Virus record (IMG/VR): IMGVR_UViG_3300030107_003448 | Coordinates: 36,679-100,678 of that record | DNA: 64,000 nucleotides | From: a virus | Strand: one strand, 5' to 3' | Shown here: one piece after another, positions 47,717-57,382 of the stretch | Layout of the letters: every line of letters begins with the position of its first letter | Numbering within the stretch: position 1 is the stretch's first letter | Notes under the pieces: model-generated | What the model was told of the DNA's origin: nothing | Database searches by the model: none | Seen by the model: only the letters and a program-made list of their open reading frames with translations | Position numbers and translations under genes: made by a program

Positions 47717-48018
47717 CTCGGCTTAGGTTGTGTGCTTACTCCATAATTGTCTTTCAATTTTTTAGCGAATTGTCTAATTGTGACTTTCGCCCCATACTTA
47801 TTTGCTGTAAAATAAAGACAATCTACCATTGTCCCTTGTAAAGTGCGTGGAGCCTTGCCTGCATATTTATCATACAGAGACAAGGCGTGCTCTATAATAT
47901 CGGGAGACAAACCTAACGCTTGTCCCATTTTTATTCCTATATGATGTGCATTATCTTTAAAGCCACGGTAAGCATTGGCTTTAACTCTCATTCTTTCGGA
48001 ATGTCCTTTAACTCTCAT
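47698..48018 (-). CDS. Single-cyclin-repeat TFB-like protein
   Basis: MGQALGLSPDIIEHALSLY…MVDCLYFTANKYGAKVTIRQFAK parallels TFB cyclin repeats. Confidence 0.6.
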   Translation of the reverse strand: MRVKGHSERMRVKANAYRGFKDNAHHIGIKMGQALGLSPDIIEHALSLYDKYAGKAPRTLQGTMVDCLYFTANKYGAKVTIRQFAKKLKDNYGVSTQPKPRWLKCD

Positions 48019-48746
48019 TCTTCCTCATCGCCTTCATTTGTAGGTGAATAAAGACAGTATGTTCCTCTCATGTGAGGAGGCACTGGTTCATCGTTTAATG
48101 TTGAACCCAACGGAACACAAACAGTAGGGGCTAGATTGCTATCTACCATGTCTACAACTTGTTCACGAGTTAACACTGTATAGATTCCTTCCTCAGTAAC
48201 CCAACGGAAAAACAAATTATCTCCACCTAGTAAACCGTAGTCTTTCGGGTCAATTCTAATTACAGTATCACATTCACCACAGGGGAACTCCACAAACCAT
48301 CTTTCCATTTCTATACCTTGTGCATTTTCATCAAGGGCCGCCTGCATTCCTACAGTAACCCACCTAGAATCTTCTAATGGCATGTCGACTAATTTACAAT
48401 CACAACCTTCTGCGAGACATTCCCATTGTGCTGCTATTGCTTGTTGTCGTAAAAGTTGTTGATATTGTTCTTCTTGTGGATTAAGAGAAGGTAAAACCAT
48501 CTCTGCGTCTTCTTCTGTAATAACCCAATCTGTCCCATCTAAAGTTAGTAAAACCCTTCTATGCATTTCTCCAGAATCTGGATGCTGTGTAATTTTACGA
48601 AGGGCTAAGGAAGTCTCTCCTGTCCTTTCATATTCTAACCCAGAACCACCCGGGGCCCAGATACCCCCTACATTAATACTAGTCAAATGACTAATAGTCC
48701 ATTCTATATCCTGTTCTGTAGGAACCCATATTTCTTCTTCGCTCAT
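48015..48746 (-). CDS. Acidic hypothetical protein with Cys pairs
   Basis: CLAEGCDC…CGEC. Confidence 0.5.
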   Translation of the reverse strand: MSEEEIWVPTEQDIEWTISHLTSINVGGIWAPGGSGLEYERTGETSLALRKITQHPDSGEMHRRVLLTLDGTDWVITEEDAEMVLPSLNPQEEQYQQLLRQQAIAAQWECLAEGCDCKLVDMPLEDSRWVTVGMQAALDENAQGIEMERWFVEFPCGECDTVIRIDPKDYGLLGGDNLFFRWVTEEGIYTVLTREQVVDMVDSNLAPTVCVPLGSTLNDEPVPPHMRGTYCLYSPTNEGDEEE

Positions 48747-51214
48747 TTTCTCACCTCATATTCTCGGTCACTAGTTCCACCCCATCCACGTTGATGTGCT
48801 TTAACCCAAACCACTTTGCCCTGTTCTTTATATCTCTCGGATTTTAGCACTCTGAAATGTCTTCTTACTAAGTGGAACTTCCTCCCGTTGCCCTCTCCCA
48901 AGGCAATAGAGTTTACATATCTTTTGACTTCGCCCGTCAATCTAACGACTTGTGTTTTACCCCAAATAGGCTTGCCTTTAAGTTTCCTATTTCGTTTTAA
49001 TTTATCATGGAACTTTGATTTTGGTTTATCTACAAAACTAACATTGGGTAATTGGATAAAATATAACAAACCTATAATAAAATCTACTATCTCTCTCAAA
49101 TATTTAGTAGGCCCAGATTTTCTCGGTCTAGGAGGTAACATATTATCCCATGTAGATACTCCTATTTTGTTTGTTGTGACATATCGATATTTGCCATTTG
49201 TAATAACTGCTGATATTATCCAATGCCTTTTATTCGGTTGAGGGGGGTCTACCTTATCGTGACCTTCTAAAACATCTGTTTTCACATGAACTGCTTTTGA
49301 CCCATCGTCTTCTATATCTATTATCACACCTGCGTTTTGGTCTGCTAATCTTTTCATTCCTGTGTAATTATCGACACCAGTGTAAGAGCCTTCTTTAGCA
49401 TTATATTCACCAGCAAAAAGGACTTTTTTAGACCATTGTTCGTTAGTATACTCATCGAATTCTTGCCCTATACAGGCTGTGACCAATTTGTCACCTATAC
49501 TTTCTGTGTTTAGATTTGTTAAAAGCCCTTCTTCACCTGTTAGTAAATTACAATATATTTGGTCTCCATGTCCCTTTTCTACATATTCAGCATATTGTTC
49601 GTCATCTAATTCATGAATTAAAATACCTTCACATAACTCACCAGAAGATAATGGTAAATTGACATCTAAAAACATAGATTGATATGGTAAATACAAAAAT
49701 TCAGCATTAATTTTACTAGGTAAACCTGTGTTCAAAATAAGTTGTTTAGTGTCTGGGTCTATTACAAAATTCATAGCCTCTTTGGTGCGTTTGAAATAAG
49801 GACAATTAACCCTTCCTTGTAAACGATTTACAAAAGAGGCAGAGGCATGTGTGAATCTTTGTGTAGTTTCAAAAGAAATAGGGCTTTCTAATTGTATGAA
49901 ATCCTGCCTAAAAGGACCAAACTTACTAGTCATATAGTCTACTGACGCATATTGGTCAAATATACGATATAACAATGAATCGAATAAGAAATCTCTTGGT
50001 GGTGTATTAGTTTCTTTATGTAATACTTTGTCCTCATTCATGTCAAATGTAGGCACTGAATCATCTGTTAATTGTATTCTATAATTACTTGCGCTCATGT
50101 CCGATTCTATTTCCCATTTCTTAGCATAATTTATCAAATCTGTGATATAAGGAAGATATAAAGATATAGGAAGCATCCATAGTTTCCCACACAACCAAAG
50201 TAAATTATGACTCATTTCACGATTGATGTGTTGTTTATATATGTCTTCGTGGTTTCCCATTGTGTCTATAATGGTCCTTAAACCCCCAGTAAACTTATCC
50301 CTTGTAAAACAACGGAAAGCATAATTGAAATCATTATCTTCCATGAAGCCTACTTTTTCAAAAGGATTAAGAGTTTCCCACCATTCTCCAAATATACTCC
50401 TAAGAAAACTAGGATGAAAACAATCTGGTGAATTAAATTCAATATCAATAAACTTACCATTTATTGTAACGTCATCAATACTCACACGACTAAATTCATT
50501 AGAAAGGTAGAAATAAACAACAAATAAATGAAGATAGTCTATGTTATTAAATAAGTTAGTATCTATTAAAGCGTGCGCAATATTATATGGTTTGGGTTTA
50601 CTTCCAAATTTTAAACCTAGTGAATCCAATATTTTCTTATTGAGTCGTTTACCTCCGTGTATGAGGTTACTATATTCTGTTTGACCCAACATCAATATGT
50701 TTAATATCTCACTAGTTGTAAATATAGCCAAACCCTTAGTCGCAAATTTTGTCTGTTGGTGTTTATTTGAGTTAACTAAACAACACAAATCATGATACAA
50801 TTCTATATTAGGTGGCACATTTTTATTAAACCTTTTTAGTGCCATTCTCATTGTATCTATACTATCGCCTGTAGGTATTTTACCAAAACTAATCATGAAT
50901 GCTGTGTATAATAACGCACATTCCGCCCTATTTATTTCATTTATCATGAAATTACGTAATTTTGTTTTTTTACCACTTATATTATCCAGAAAGTTATCAA
51001 ATTCTTGTGGGCTTACAGAAATATCAAACTCCATTTCTATATCATCATAGTTATCTTTTGTTTGGAGTTCTATCATAGTTTGGAATAATTTATCTACAGC
51101 AAAGCGTTCTCTTTGCCTGTAAACTTTCTTCTTCTTCTGTTTTTTCTTATACTGATGTGCAATCGCCTTGCGTCTAGCCAATTCCCTTTTGGGGAGTTTG
51201 TTAGGTTTACCCAT
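48743..51214 (-). CDS. Large hypothetical viral protein with C-terminal HxVRxHxR…WVxxHxRG motif
   Basis: HLVRRHFR…WVKAHQRG and a basic N-terminus. Confidence 0.55.
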   Translation of the reverse strand: MGKPNKLPKRELARRKAIAHQYKKKQKKKKVYRQRERFAVDKLFQTMIELQTKDNYDDIEMEFDISVSPQEFDNFLDNISGKKTKLRNFMINEINRAECALLYTAFMISFGKIPTGDSIDTMRMALKRFNKNVPPNIELYHDLCCLVNSNKHQQTKFATKGLAIFTTSEILNILMLGQTEYSNLIHGGKRLNKKILDSLGLKFGSKPKPYNIAHALIDTNLFNNIDYLHLFVVYFYLSNEFSRVSIDDVTINGKFIDIEFNSPDCFHPSFLRSIFGEWWETLNPFEKVGFMEDNDFNYAFRCFTRDKFTGGLRTIIDTMGNHEDIYKQHINREMSHNLLWLCGKLWMLPISLYLPYITDLINYAKKWEIESDMSASNYRIQLTDDSVPTFDMNEDKVLHKETNTPPRDFLFDSLLYRIFDQYASVDYMTSKFGPFRQDFIQLESPISFETTQRFTHASASFVNRLQGRVNCPYFKRTKEAMNFVIDPDTKQLILNTGLPSKINAEFLYLPYQSMFLDVNLPLSSGELCEGILIHELDDEQYAEYVEKGHGDQIYCNLLTGEEGLLTNLNTESIGDKLVTACIGQEFDEYTNEQWSKKVLFAGEYNAKEGSYTGVDNYTGMKRLADQNAGVIIDIEDDGSKAVHVKTDVLEGHDKVDPPQPNKRHWIISAVITNGKYRYVTTNKIGVSTWDNMLPPRPRKSGPTKYLREIVDFIIGLLYFIQLPNVSFVDKPKSKFHDKLKRNRKLKGKPIWGKTQVVRLTGEVKRYVNSIALGEGNGRKFHLVRRHFRVLKSERYKEQGKVVWVKAHQRGWGGTSDREYEVRK

Positions 51215-51224
51215 AATATCACAC

Positions 51225-51587
51225 TCACGCTAAGTCGTTTAAGAAATTGTTATAGCCACCATTACGAATCCAAATCATATTACTACAACATAAAGCAGGG
51301 TAAATATGGAACTGTTCTAACATAAGAATCATACAATCGTTAGTTATTTTTTTCTTACAGTTAGGACATTGTTGATAATGGTCACATGCATTTAGCACAG
51401 CCATGACATGCTGTTCTTTATATGGCCCGCCTTTTACATGCTCTGGAACAGTAAATGATAACGATGTTATATCACAAGTAAGCCCATCTTCTCCTACCCA
51501 TTTACCATCAGTTAAACTATCTGGTGTGATTTTAAGACCAGAAATGTATATGGTTTCTTCATCGTCTTCACTCATCTTATCACTCAT
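51225..51587 (-). CDS. Zinc-finger protein
   Basis: CPNC…CC. Confidence 0.5.
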   Translation of the reverse strand: MSDKMSEDDEETIYISGLKITPDSLTDGKWVGEDGLTCDITSLSFTVPEHVKGGPYKEQHVMAVLNACDHYQQCPNCKKKITNDCMILMLEQFHIYPALCCSNMIWIRNGGYNNFLNDLA

Positions 51588-53217
51588 TCAATACTTTTAG
51601 CACTTCTGATACAGTAGGAACATCTTCTCCTAACCCTGTGATTCCTGCATCTTTCACATAGGATTTGAAATCGCCCCAATCAGTAATTGCTTCGCCATTT
51701 TCTCTAGCGTAGTCTTTCATTGTATTTGTTCCTATAGTGGTCAACAGACTATCGATTTTCTGTAGCCTCTTATTGAAAGTGTTCATCTTCAATGTGTTAC
51801 CTGTTAACTTACGTCTACCATCTGTCCATTCTGGTTTATGTGTTACTGCGCCTGTCATAACTTGGTATGCATGGAACAATGTTCCTTTATTCTCGGGTTG
51901 AACTGCTACCCATGGTTCATTGTAATTTGTCCAACCATGACCGAACAATTCCCACATATGACTACCAATAAGATTACCATCTTTGTTGGGTCTTGGATAT
52001 GAAATTAAGCCCGCTCTTTCAGATAATGTGATTAGTCTTTCAAATTGAGCATCTTCAAGTCTTACATGTTTCAATGCTTCGACATGTCCTAGTCCTCTTT
52101 GTGCATCTACAATTACACTATCGATTGTGCCTGCAAAATCATCCCAATTAACAGGCTCCATCACTCCTCTAGTATGTCTCATAGCCGCAATAGTTCGCTG
52201 GCCACCAATAACACCTGCATTGGTGCAAGCATTACGTCTTGCTACTGCTTGTAGTTTGAGTGAACCGCTACCATCTAAAGAGTTATGAATACTGAATCCA
52301 TAACGCCACATTGAATGCACTTGTTCTTGTAATCCCATCATAGTTTCTGGGGCTAACCAACCACTATCTGCTTCTGCTACAGTAGTCCATTTATCCGATA
52401 TTACATCAGTGCCATACCCTCTCTTAAAGTGAACTGCTCCACTTACGTCACAATCTAACCTCATTTGTTTACCTCTATCAAAGGCTAACACACTTGCTTG
52501 CCAACCATTCAAAGCGGCTCTTTGTAGAATCGGCCTACATAATGTAGGATAAGATAAAGGATAGTATCTATCACTATATGTGCCTAATAATGCACCCGCA
52601 GGTTCTCTTGCACTTTTGAAATTAGTATTGAAACCCAAATATACTGCTGAATCCCCTTTAGTGTTATTCACTCTTTGCATACGAGGTGCTGTTTGTATTT
52701 TGAGCGGGTTGTTGTCTCCTTCTTGCACAGGCACATAAGCAGGTAAAAGGACTGGTTCAAAATCCCAATCACATATAGTTTCAAATCTACCACCTGTTAT
52801 CAATGCCCCTCCCCATATATCTTGTGGGATAGGGTCACCATTAGCATCTTCTAACTTAATGATATTAGGTGTATCAAATTTATGAAACGATGGTTTAGAA
52901 TCATCTAAAGACAATTCTGGTATGTCTTCATTGTTTTCAAAAGCAGACACAATCATAATATCTTTTTCATCTGTCACCAATGGTGCTGAATTTCCCATAA
53001 ACTGCTTATGGGGATTATATGTTCCTGCTTCTGTTTGTATCGTTTCTAAACTAAATACACTTCTTCCGTCTGTCAAGGCTTCCTGCCTTGTTATCGCTTT
53101 TCTAGGCACCCATTGATGTTGACCTCCAGTCTGTGCTTCGTATTGAATCAAAATCCTTTGACCACTAGCATCATCAACTTTACCTATTACAATTATTTTT
53201 TCTGTCATCTTTCTCAC
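51580..53217 (-). CDS. DUF932-family protein
   Basis: SDRYYPL and GFSIHNSLDGSGSL…RNACTN…MRHT. Confidence 0.7.
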   Translation of the reverse strand: MRKMTEKIIVIGKVDDASGQRILIQYEAQTGGQHQWVPRKAITRQEALTDGRSVFSLETIQTEAGTYNPHKQFMGNSAPLVTDEKDIMIVSAFENNEDIPELSLDDSKPSFHKFDTPNIIKLEDANGDPIPQDIWGGALITGGRFETICDWDFEPVLLPAYVPVQEGDNNPLKIQTAPRMQRVNNTKGDSAVYLGFNTNFKSAREPAGALLGTYSDRYYPLSYPTLCRPILQRAALNGWQASVLAFDRGKQMRLDCDVSGAVHFKRGYGTDVISDKWTTVAEADSGWLAPETMMGLQEQVHSMWRYGFSIHNSLDGSGSLKLQAVARRNACTNAGVIGGQRTIAAMRHTRGVMEPVNWDDFAGTIDSVIVDAQRGLGHVEALKHVRLEDAQFERLITLSERAGLISYPRPNKDGNLIGSHMWELFGHGWTNYNEPWVAVQPENKGTLFHAYQVMTGAVTHKPEWTDGRRKLTGNTLKMNTFNKRLQKIDSLLTTIGTNTMKDYARENGEAITDWGDFKSYVKDAGITGLGEDVPTVSEVLKVLNE

Positions 53218-53222
53218 TTCCT

Positions 53223-53245
53223 TTATTGTTGTTGGTTCTTAAAGG
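53223..53245 (-). promoter_or_regulatory. Conserved viral promoter-like element, copy 5 (inside the upstream gene end)
   Basis: CCTTTAAGAACCAACAACAATAA also encodes FKNQQQ*. Confidence 0.75.
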
Positions 53246-53849
53246 CTTCCAACTTTGCCTCTACTAATCCAGTAGCATCTAAAGTAGCCATACCAATTGG
53301 TATTGCTTCTACTTTGACTAAGGTGTCACCAGCACGAGTAGTCCAAGTCATATCCTTAATGTTCTGAACCACTATCTCGATTGCTTGTTTGTGTTTAGCA
53401 TATTCATCCTTCCAATGTTTGGCTAACTCTTTATCAGTGTTAATACACTTTTCTTGAGCCTCCACCATCGCTTCCGCAATTCTATTATAAGCCGCTTCTG
53501 CTAATGGTCCTACCTTTTCTGGAGGAGCATCAGAGGGCACTATCATCTTGACAAGCATGTCGAGCAGTATGCCTACCTGCAAGCCGGGTGGAACCTTGTG
53601 GGGTATTCTTTGACGCACATCTGGGCATCTACGATACCCATGCCCATCCGTCTTACCTCCACTATGCGCTTGTGTGTTTAGCACTACTGTCGTGCCTGTG
53701 ACTAAATCTTGTATCAATAACTGTGGGTCAGAATAGGTATCACCATTCCTGTCCGCACGAGCCATTTCTTGTTTGTGTATTACTTGTCCTAATTTGGTGA
53801 GAACCTTTCCTGCACCATCAGTCCATTCCATTTCTCCTGCTTGTTTCAT
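53223..53849 (-). CDS. Hypothetical protein
   Basis: ORF track; ATGA-coupled. Confidence 0.55.
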   Translation of the reverse strand: MKQAGEMEWTDGAGKVLTKLGQVIHKQEMARADRNGDTYSDPQLLIQDLVTGTTVVLNTQAHSGGKTDGHGYRRCPDVRQRIPHKVPPGLQVGILLDMLVKMIVPSDAPPEKVGPLAEAAYNRIAEAMVEAQEKCINTDKELAKHWKDEYAKHKQAIEIVVQNIKDMTWTTRAGDTLVKVEAIPIGMATLDATGLVEAKLEAFKNQQQ

Positions 53850-54070
53850 TCTTCATTCCTCCATTCAAGATATTCTTCTGTCGTCAATACTTTTTCCATG
53901 ATGGATAACAAAAATCCCGAAGGGTTTCTATCCATCTTACCTACTTCTCTAATGTAATCTATGGTGCTACGCAAATCCTTGACTTCTGCTTCCAGATTTC
54001 CATTTGCTTTATCCAGTTCAACTACTCGCTTATGCCAATAATTCATTAAATTCTTACTCATTTTTATCAC
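53846..54070 (-). CDS. Small coiled-coil protein
   Basis: ORF track; heptad-like segment. Confidence 0.45.
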   Translation of the reverse strand: MIKMSKNLMNYWHKRVVELDKANGNLEAEVKDLRSTIDYIREVGKMDRNPSGFLLSIMEKVLTTEEYLEWRNEE

Positions 54071-54467
54071 TCCAATCTACTACTGCAAATGATTTGCAAC
54101 CTATGATTCTACCATCGTCATCTCTTACAGTATCATTAACCATAAGTAAATCCTTACGTTCAGGGTAAGCATTTGCTACAAGTGCTGATACAATATAGTA
54201 TACACCTTCTTCATAGTCGGGTAAGTTAGACTCACCATAAACTACTTGCTTTACATCCACAATAGTAGTTGGTTTATAGTCATCCATTAATGGGCTTAGA
54301 CCCATAGTCATCCATAAATTTAACTTACTATAACATGGTATATTACCTACTACTTTTTGTGATGACTCTAATCTTATTGGCTCATCGCTTTTAGGGATTC
54401 TTATCAATACGTTCCCATCATCATCTACTAGGTTAATATCATGTGGTGTCCTATTCACTATCTTCAT
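54054..54467 (-). CDS. Conserved viral protein of unknown function (NxTPH family)
   Basis: VNRTPHDI…YYIVS…RDDDGRIIGC. Confidence 0.55.
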   Translation of the reverse strand: MKIVNRTPHDINLVDDDGNVLIRIPKSDEPIRLESSQKVVGNIPCYSKLNLWMTMGLSPLMDDYKPTTIVDVKQVVYGESNLPDYEEGVYYIVSALVANAYPERKDLLMVNDTVRDDDGRIIGCKSFAVVDWSDKNE

Positions 54468-56430
54468 CTTTCTTCACCTCTGGTATTCCTATTTCCATTT
54501 GCTTTACATGTTCAATCATATCAATTATTTTTTGTTTCCTTAGTTTATTATCATAGGTCGCTTTGCCAACACACGCCAACTCTGTATGATGTTTGTCAGC
54601 AACGATAACTATACCAGACTGAAGACCAATATCCTTCCAGTCTTTATCTACATACCAAGGGAGGAATGCTTCTGTAGGGGATAATTGTTCTGGTTTTTTG
54701 TATTTCAAATGGTCCGTTTTTTCTGTGGATTCCCAAGCCTCTGCATCCCAAGGAGTTACATATTTTAATTCCACGTTTCTATTCTGTTTTGATACTGTGT
54801 ATATAGGTGAACCACTTACCATCCACTCTATGAGATGGTTAGAATCATGGATTACCTTCTCAACATCTGCATTCAATTTCTTAGCAATATCTAATGCTTG
54901 GTTTTGGTCTATGTAATATTTGTCAAATACTTTCCTGTTTGTGAGTCCGCCGTTCTGGACTACGTTGTGTCTCTGAATATGATACACAGGCACCAAACCC
55001 GTCCATTTCCCTTTGGTTGAATTACGCCCAAGACTTTGAAATTTCCAACCATTAATTCGGTTCTCTTTACATTTATCTGCTATGAACTGTTGTCTCTCAA
55101 GTTTAGTCCTTTCTGTTTGTATTCTATTCCACCATCGTAATTGGTAATGGCCACGGACACCCATCTGTTTTTCAAGGTATACTTTCTTCGCATGGACCGT
55201 TCCATCGTATTTTGTGTATGTCTTCATCTCCCATTTCTGATTCCCATCTTCATCACGGTCTGGTTCTGTCCATGTAGATTTTAGCCAACATTTACTTTCA
55301 GTTCTGGAACGTTGAATTGCTTTACGGATTTCGTCTAACAAGAATGTTTCATCTAAACATTCTTCAAGCCATTTGTCTGGGTCTTCAAGGTCATTCAATC
55401 TCAATACTTGTGCAAGATATTGTTTACCATTATAAGTATAAGATTGAGGTTCTCGCACCTTCCATCCATACCCATACTGTTGCCAACTTACTTTCATAGG
55501 TAAAGGGTTACCTTCGTGGTCTGCATAGTAAACTAAAGCATTTTCATATGTTTGGCCATCATGATATAAACAATGATGGTCACCCTTATCGCTCCATCCG
55601 CATTCTCCTTTGTATGATTCATATCTAAACATGTAATAACTTAGAGTCTTATACCACCAATCTTCTGTATATGTTTCTGGTTTACTCAACATCCATTTAA
55701 GTTGAGCCCCTACTAATGTGGGCTTACCTTCATTTGTCACCCATTTATCATACTGGGGTAAAGAACCCCAGATAGATTCATCCATGTTCGTGCATGAAAT
55801 GATTCCCTTCCATGTATCACCTGTTGGTGCTGGCCAATCCTTTGTCATATCTCTCCATGAATCTAATTGCTTCCTTACATATTTCATTAAGAAATCTTTG
55901 TCTTTCTTTTCATTACCAATCACACGAATTTGTTTAATGTTTTTACCAGTTCTCCAATGTGATTGTGCTGCTAAATTAGAATTGCTATATCTTGGGTCCA
56001 TCTCTCTAATATAAAGTAATTGACCATTGAACATATCATGTCCACAAGACTTTAATCCTCTCACTGGCACATTCTTTTGACGTATAAGATGCCAGTAGGC
56101 TGCCGCTCTACGTGTATATTTGTTATACAAATCTTTAGCACGAGAGAATTTCTCTGGCCCTTTATCATAGAAGGTATCTAACACAGCCGCATCTATTGCC
56201 ATTAATTCTTTCGCTTGCCTATACCAACCACGTTTTTGTCCTATGCACGTCATCATTTCTGCTATTTTTCTTTCGTCACGAGAAGGCACTATACCCATAT
56301 CTCGCCATGTAGTCATCGTTTCACGAACATCAGTGCCATACCCATTATGTGATTTATAGTTTATATCTTCTATAGGTATTGCGCTCATCTTCGCTTTTTT
56401 CTTTTCTTTTGTTTTCATTTCCATTTGCAT
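54451..56430 (-). CDS. Large Trp/Lys-rich hypothetical protein
   Basis: 659-aa ORF with no recognised motif. Confidence 0.55.
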   Translation of the reverse strand: MQMEMKTKEKKKAKMSAIPIEDINYKSHNGYGTDVRETMTTWRDMGIVPSRDERKIAEMMTCIGQKRGWYRQAKELMAIDAAVLDTFYDKGPEKFSRAKDLYNKYTRRAAAYWHLIRQKNVPVRGLKSCGHDMFNGQLLYIREMDPRYSNSNLAAQSHWRTGKNIKQIRVIGNEKKDKDFLMKYVRKQLDSWRDMTKDWPAPTGDTWKGIISCTNMDESIWGSLPQYDKWVTNEGKPTLVGAQLKWMLSKPETYTEDWWYKTLSYYMFRYESYKGECGWSDKGDHHCLYHDGQTYENALVYYADHEGNPLPMKVSWQQYGYGWKVREPQSYTYNGKQYLAQVLRLNDLEDPDKWLEECLDETFLLDEIRKAIQRSRTESKCWLKSTWTEPDRDEDGNQKWEMKTYTKYDGTVHAKKVYLEKQMGVRGHYQLRWWNRIQTERTKLERQQFIADKCKENRINGWKFQSLGRNSTKGKWTGLVPVYHIQRHNVVQNGGLTNRKVFDKYYIDQNQALDIAKKLNADVEKVIHDSNHLIEWMVSGSPIYTVSKQNRNVELKYVTPWDAEAWESTEKTDHLKYKKPEQLSPTEAFLPWYVDKDWKDIGLQSGIVIVADKHHTELACVGKATYDNKLRKQKIIDMIEHVKQMEIGIPEVKKDEDSE

Positions 56431-56439
56431 TCTTTCACC

Positions 56440-57291
56440 TCAATTTTCAGAATATTTTAAAGCACGACTTACTAAGTCTGCTTTCTTACCTGCAACAGGT
56501 AATCCTCTTTCCACCATCCAATCAACTAACTCTGCTTTCTTCATAGATTCTAATTGCTGTGTTAACAGATGGTTGCCTGCCTCTACTGCTGATAATACTT
56601 CACCAGTAGTAATGCGCCCATCTTGCACAGCCTTCCTTAATTGTTCTTGAACCGATACAGGTTCTTCCTCGACAAGATTGAATGTGTTGTTTATGAACTC
56701 CTCTATCCTTGTCAACCGTTCATCTGCTACTGCATCTGTTAGTTTATTGGTATCTGCTACTGCATCTGTTAGTTTATTCCATTCCTCTTTAGTAACGACT
56801 TTGTAATCACACTCATCATAGTCATCTGCATCGGTTGCTCTCACTAAGATGTTCAAAGCCATGTCATCCATGACATCACATCCGTCTTCCACTAAGTCCT
56901 TTACTTTATTTTCAACAAATCCATCTAAATCTAACACGTCATCTGGGTCTACATATTCACCTACAAGGACGGTATCTAAAAGTGAGCCTGCATCTATGTG
57001 GTCAGTCCAGTCTACATCTCTTAATGTTCTCTTTACTTCGTAGTTAATGTCTATCCCTTGGTCTTCCCAATCTATATCTTCTATCAAATCATCTACATCT
57101 ATGTAATTATTTAGTATAACATCCTCCAAAATTGAGTCTGCGTCTATGTGTCTTATGTCTTCAACGACTCCTGCTATGGCTCTACCTAACTCCGCATTCT
57201 TATTTGTTAACGTAATTACACGTTCTTCTAGTTCTTTCATCTTAAGCAGCATCTTAAGCATGCTCGTCTCTGTCTGTGTATCATCCTTCAT
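56440..57291 (-). CDS. Highly acidic protein with N-terminal coiled coil and C-terminal SAP domain
   Basis: LESMKKAELVDWMVERGLPVAGKKADLVSRA and D/E-rich repeats. Confidence 0.65.
   Translation of the reverse strand: MKDDTQTETSMLKMLLKMKELEERVITLTNKNAELGRAIAGVVEDIRHIDADSILEDVILNNYIDVDDLIEDIDWEDQGIDINYEVKRTLRDVDWTDHIDAGSLLDTVLVGEYVDPDDVLDLDGFVENKVKDLVEDGCDVMDDMALNILVRATDADDYDECDYKVVTKEEWNKLTDAVADTNKLTDAVADERLTRIEEFINNTFNLVEEEPVSVQEQLRKAVQDGRITTGEVLSAVEAGNHLLTQQLESMKKAELVDWMVERGLPVAGKKADLVSRALKYSEN
56722..56778. repeat. Perfect 27-bp direct repeat with 30-bp period
   Basis: atctgctactgcatctgttagtttatt at 56722 and 56752, encoding NKLTDAVAD twice. Confidence 0.9.
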
Positions 57292-57318
57292 AATAGTTCC
57301 ACCTTTTCTTCATTCTTT

Positions 57319-57341
57319 TTATTGTTGTTGGTTCTTAAAGG
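57319..57341 (-). promoter_or_regulatory. Conserved viral promoter-like element, copy 6
   Basis: CCTTTAAGAACCAACAACAATAA, with a second TATA (TTTATATA) just upstream. Confidence 0.75.
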
Positions 57342-57382
57342 AATTGGCTTCCTATATAAATAACGGACACCTCTGTGCATAC

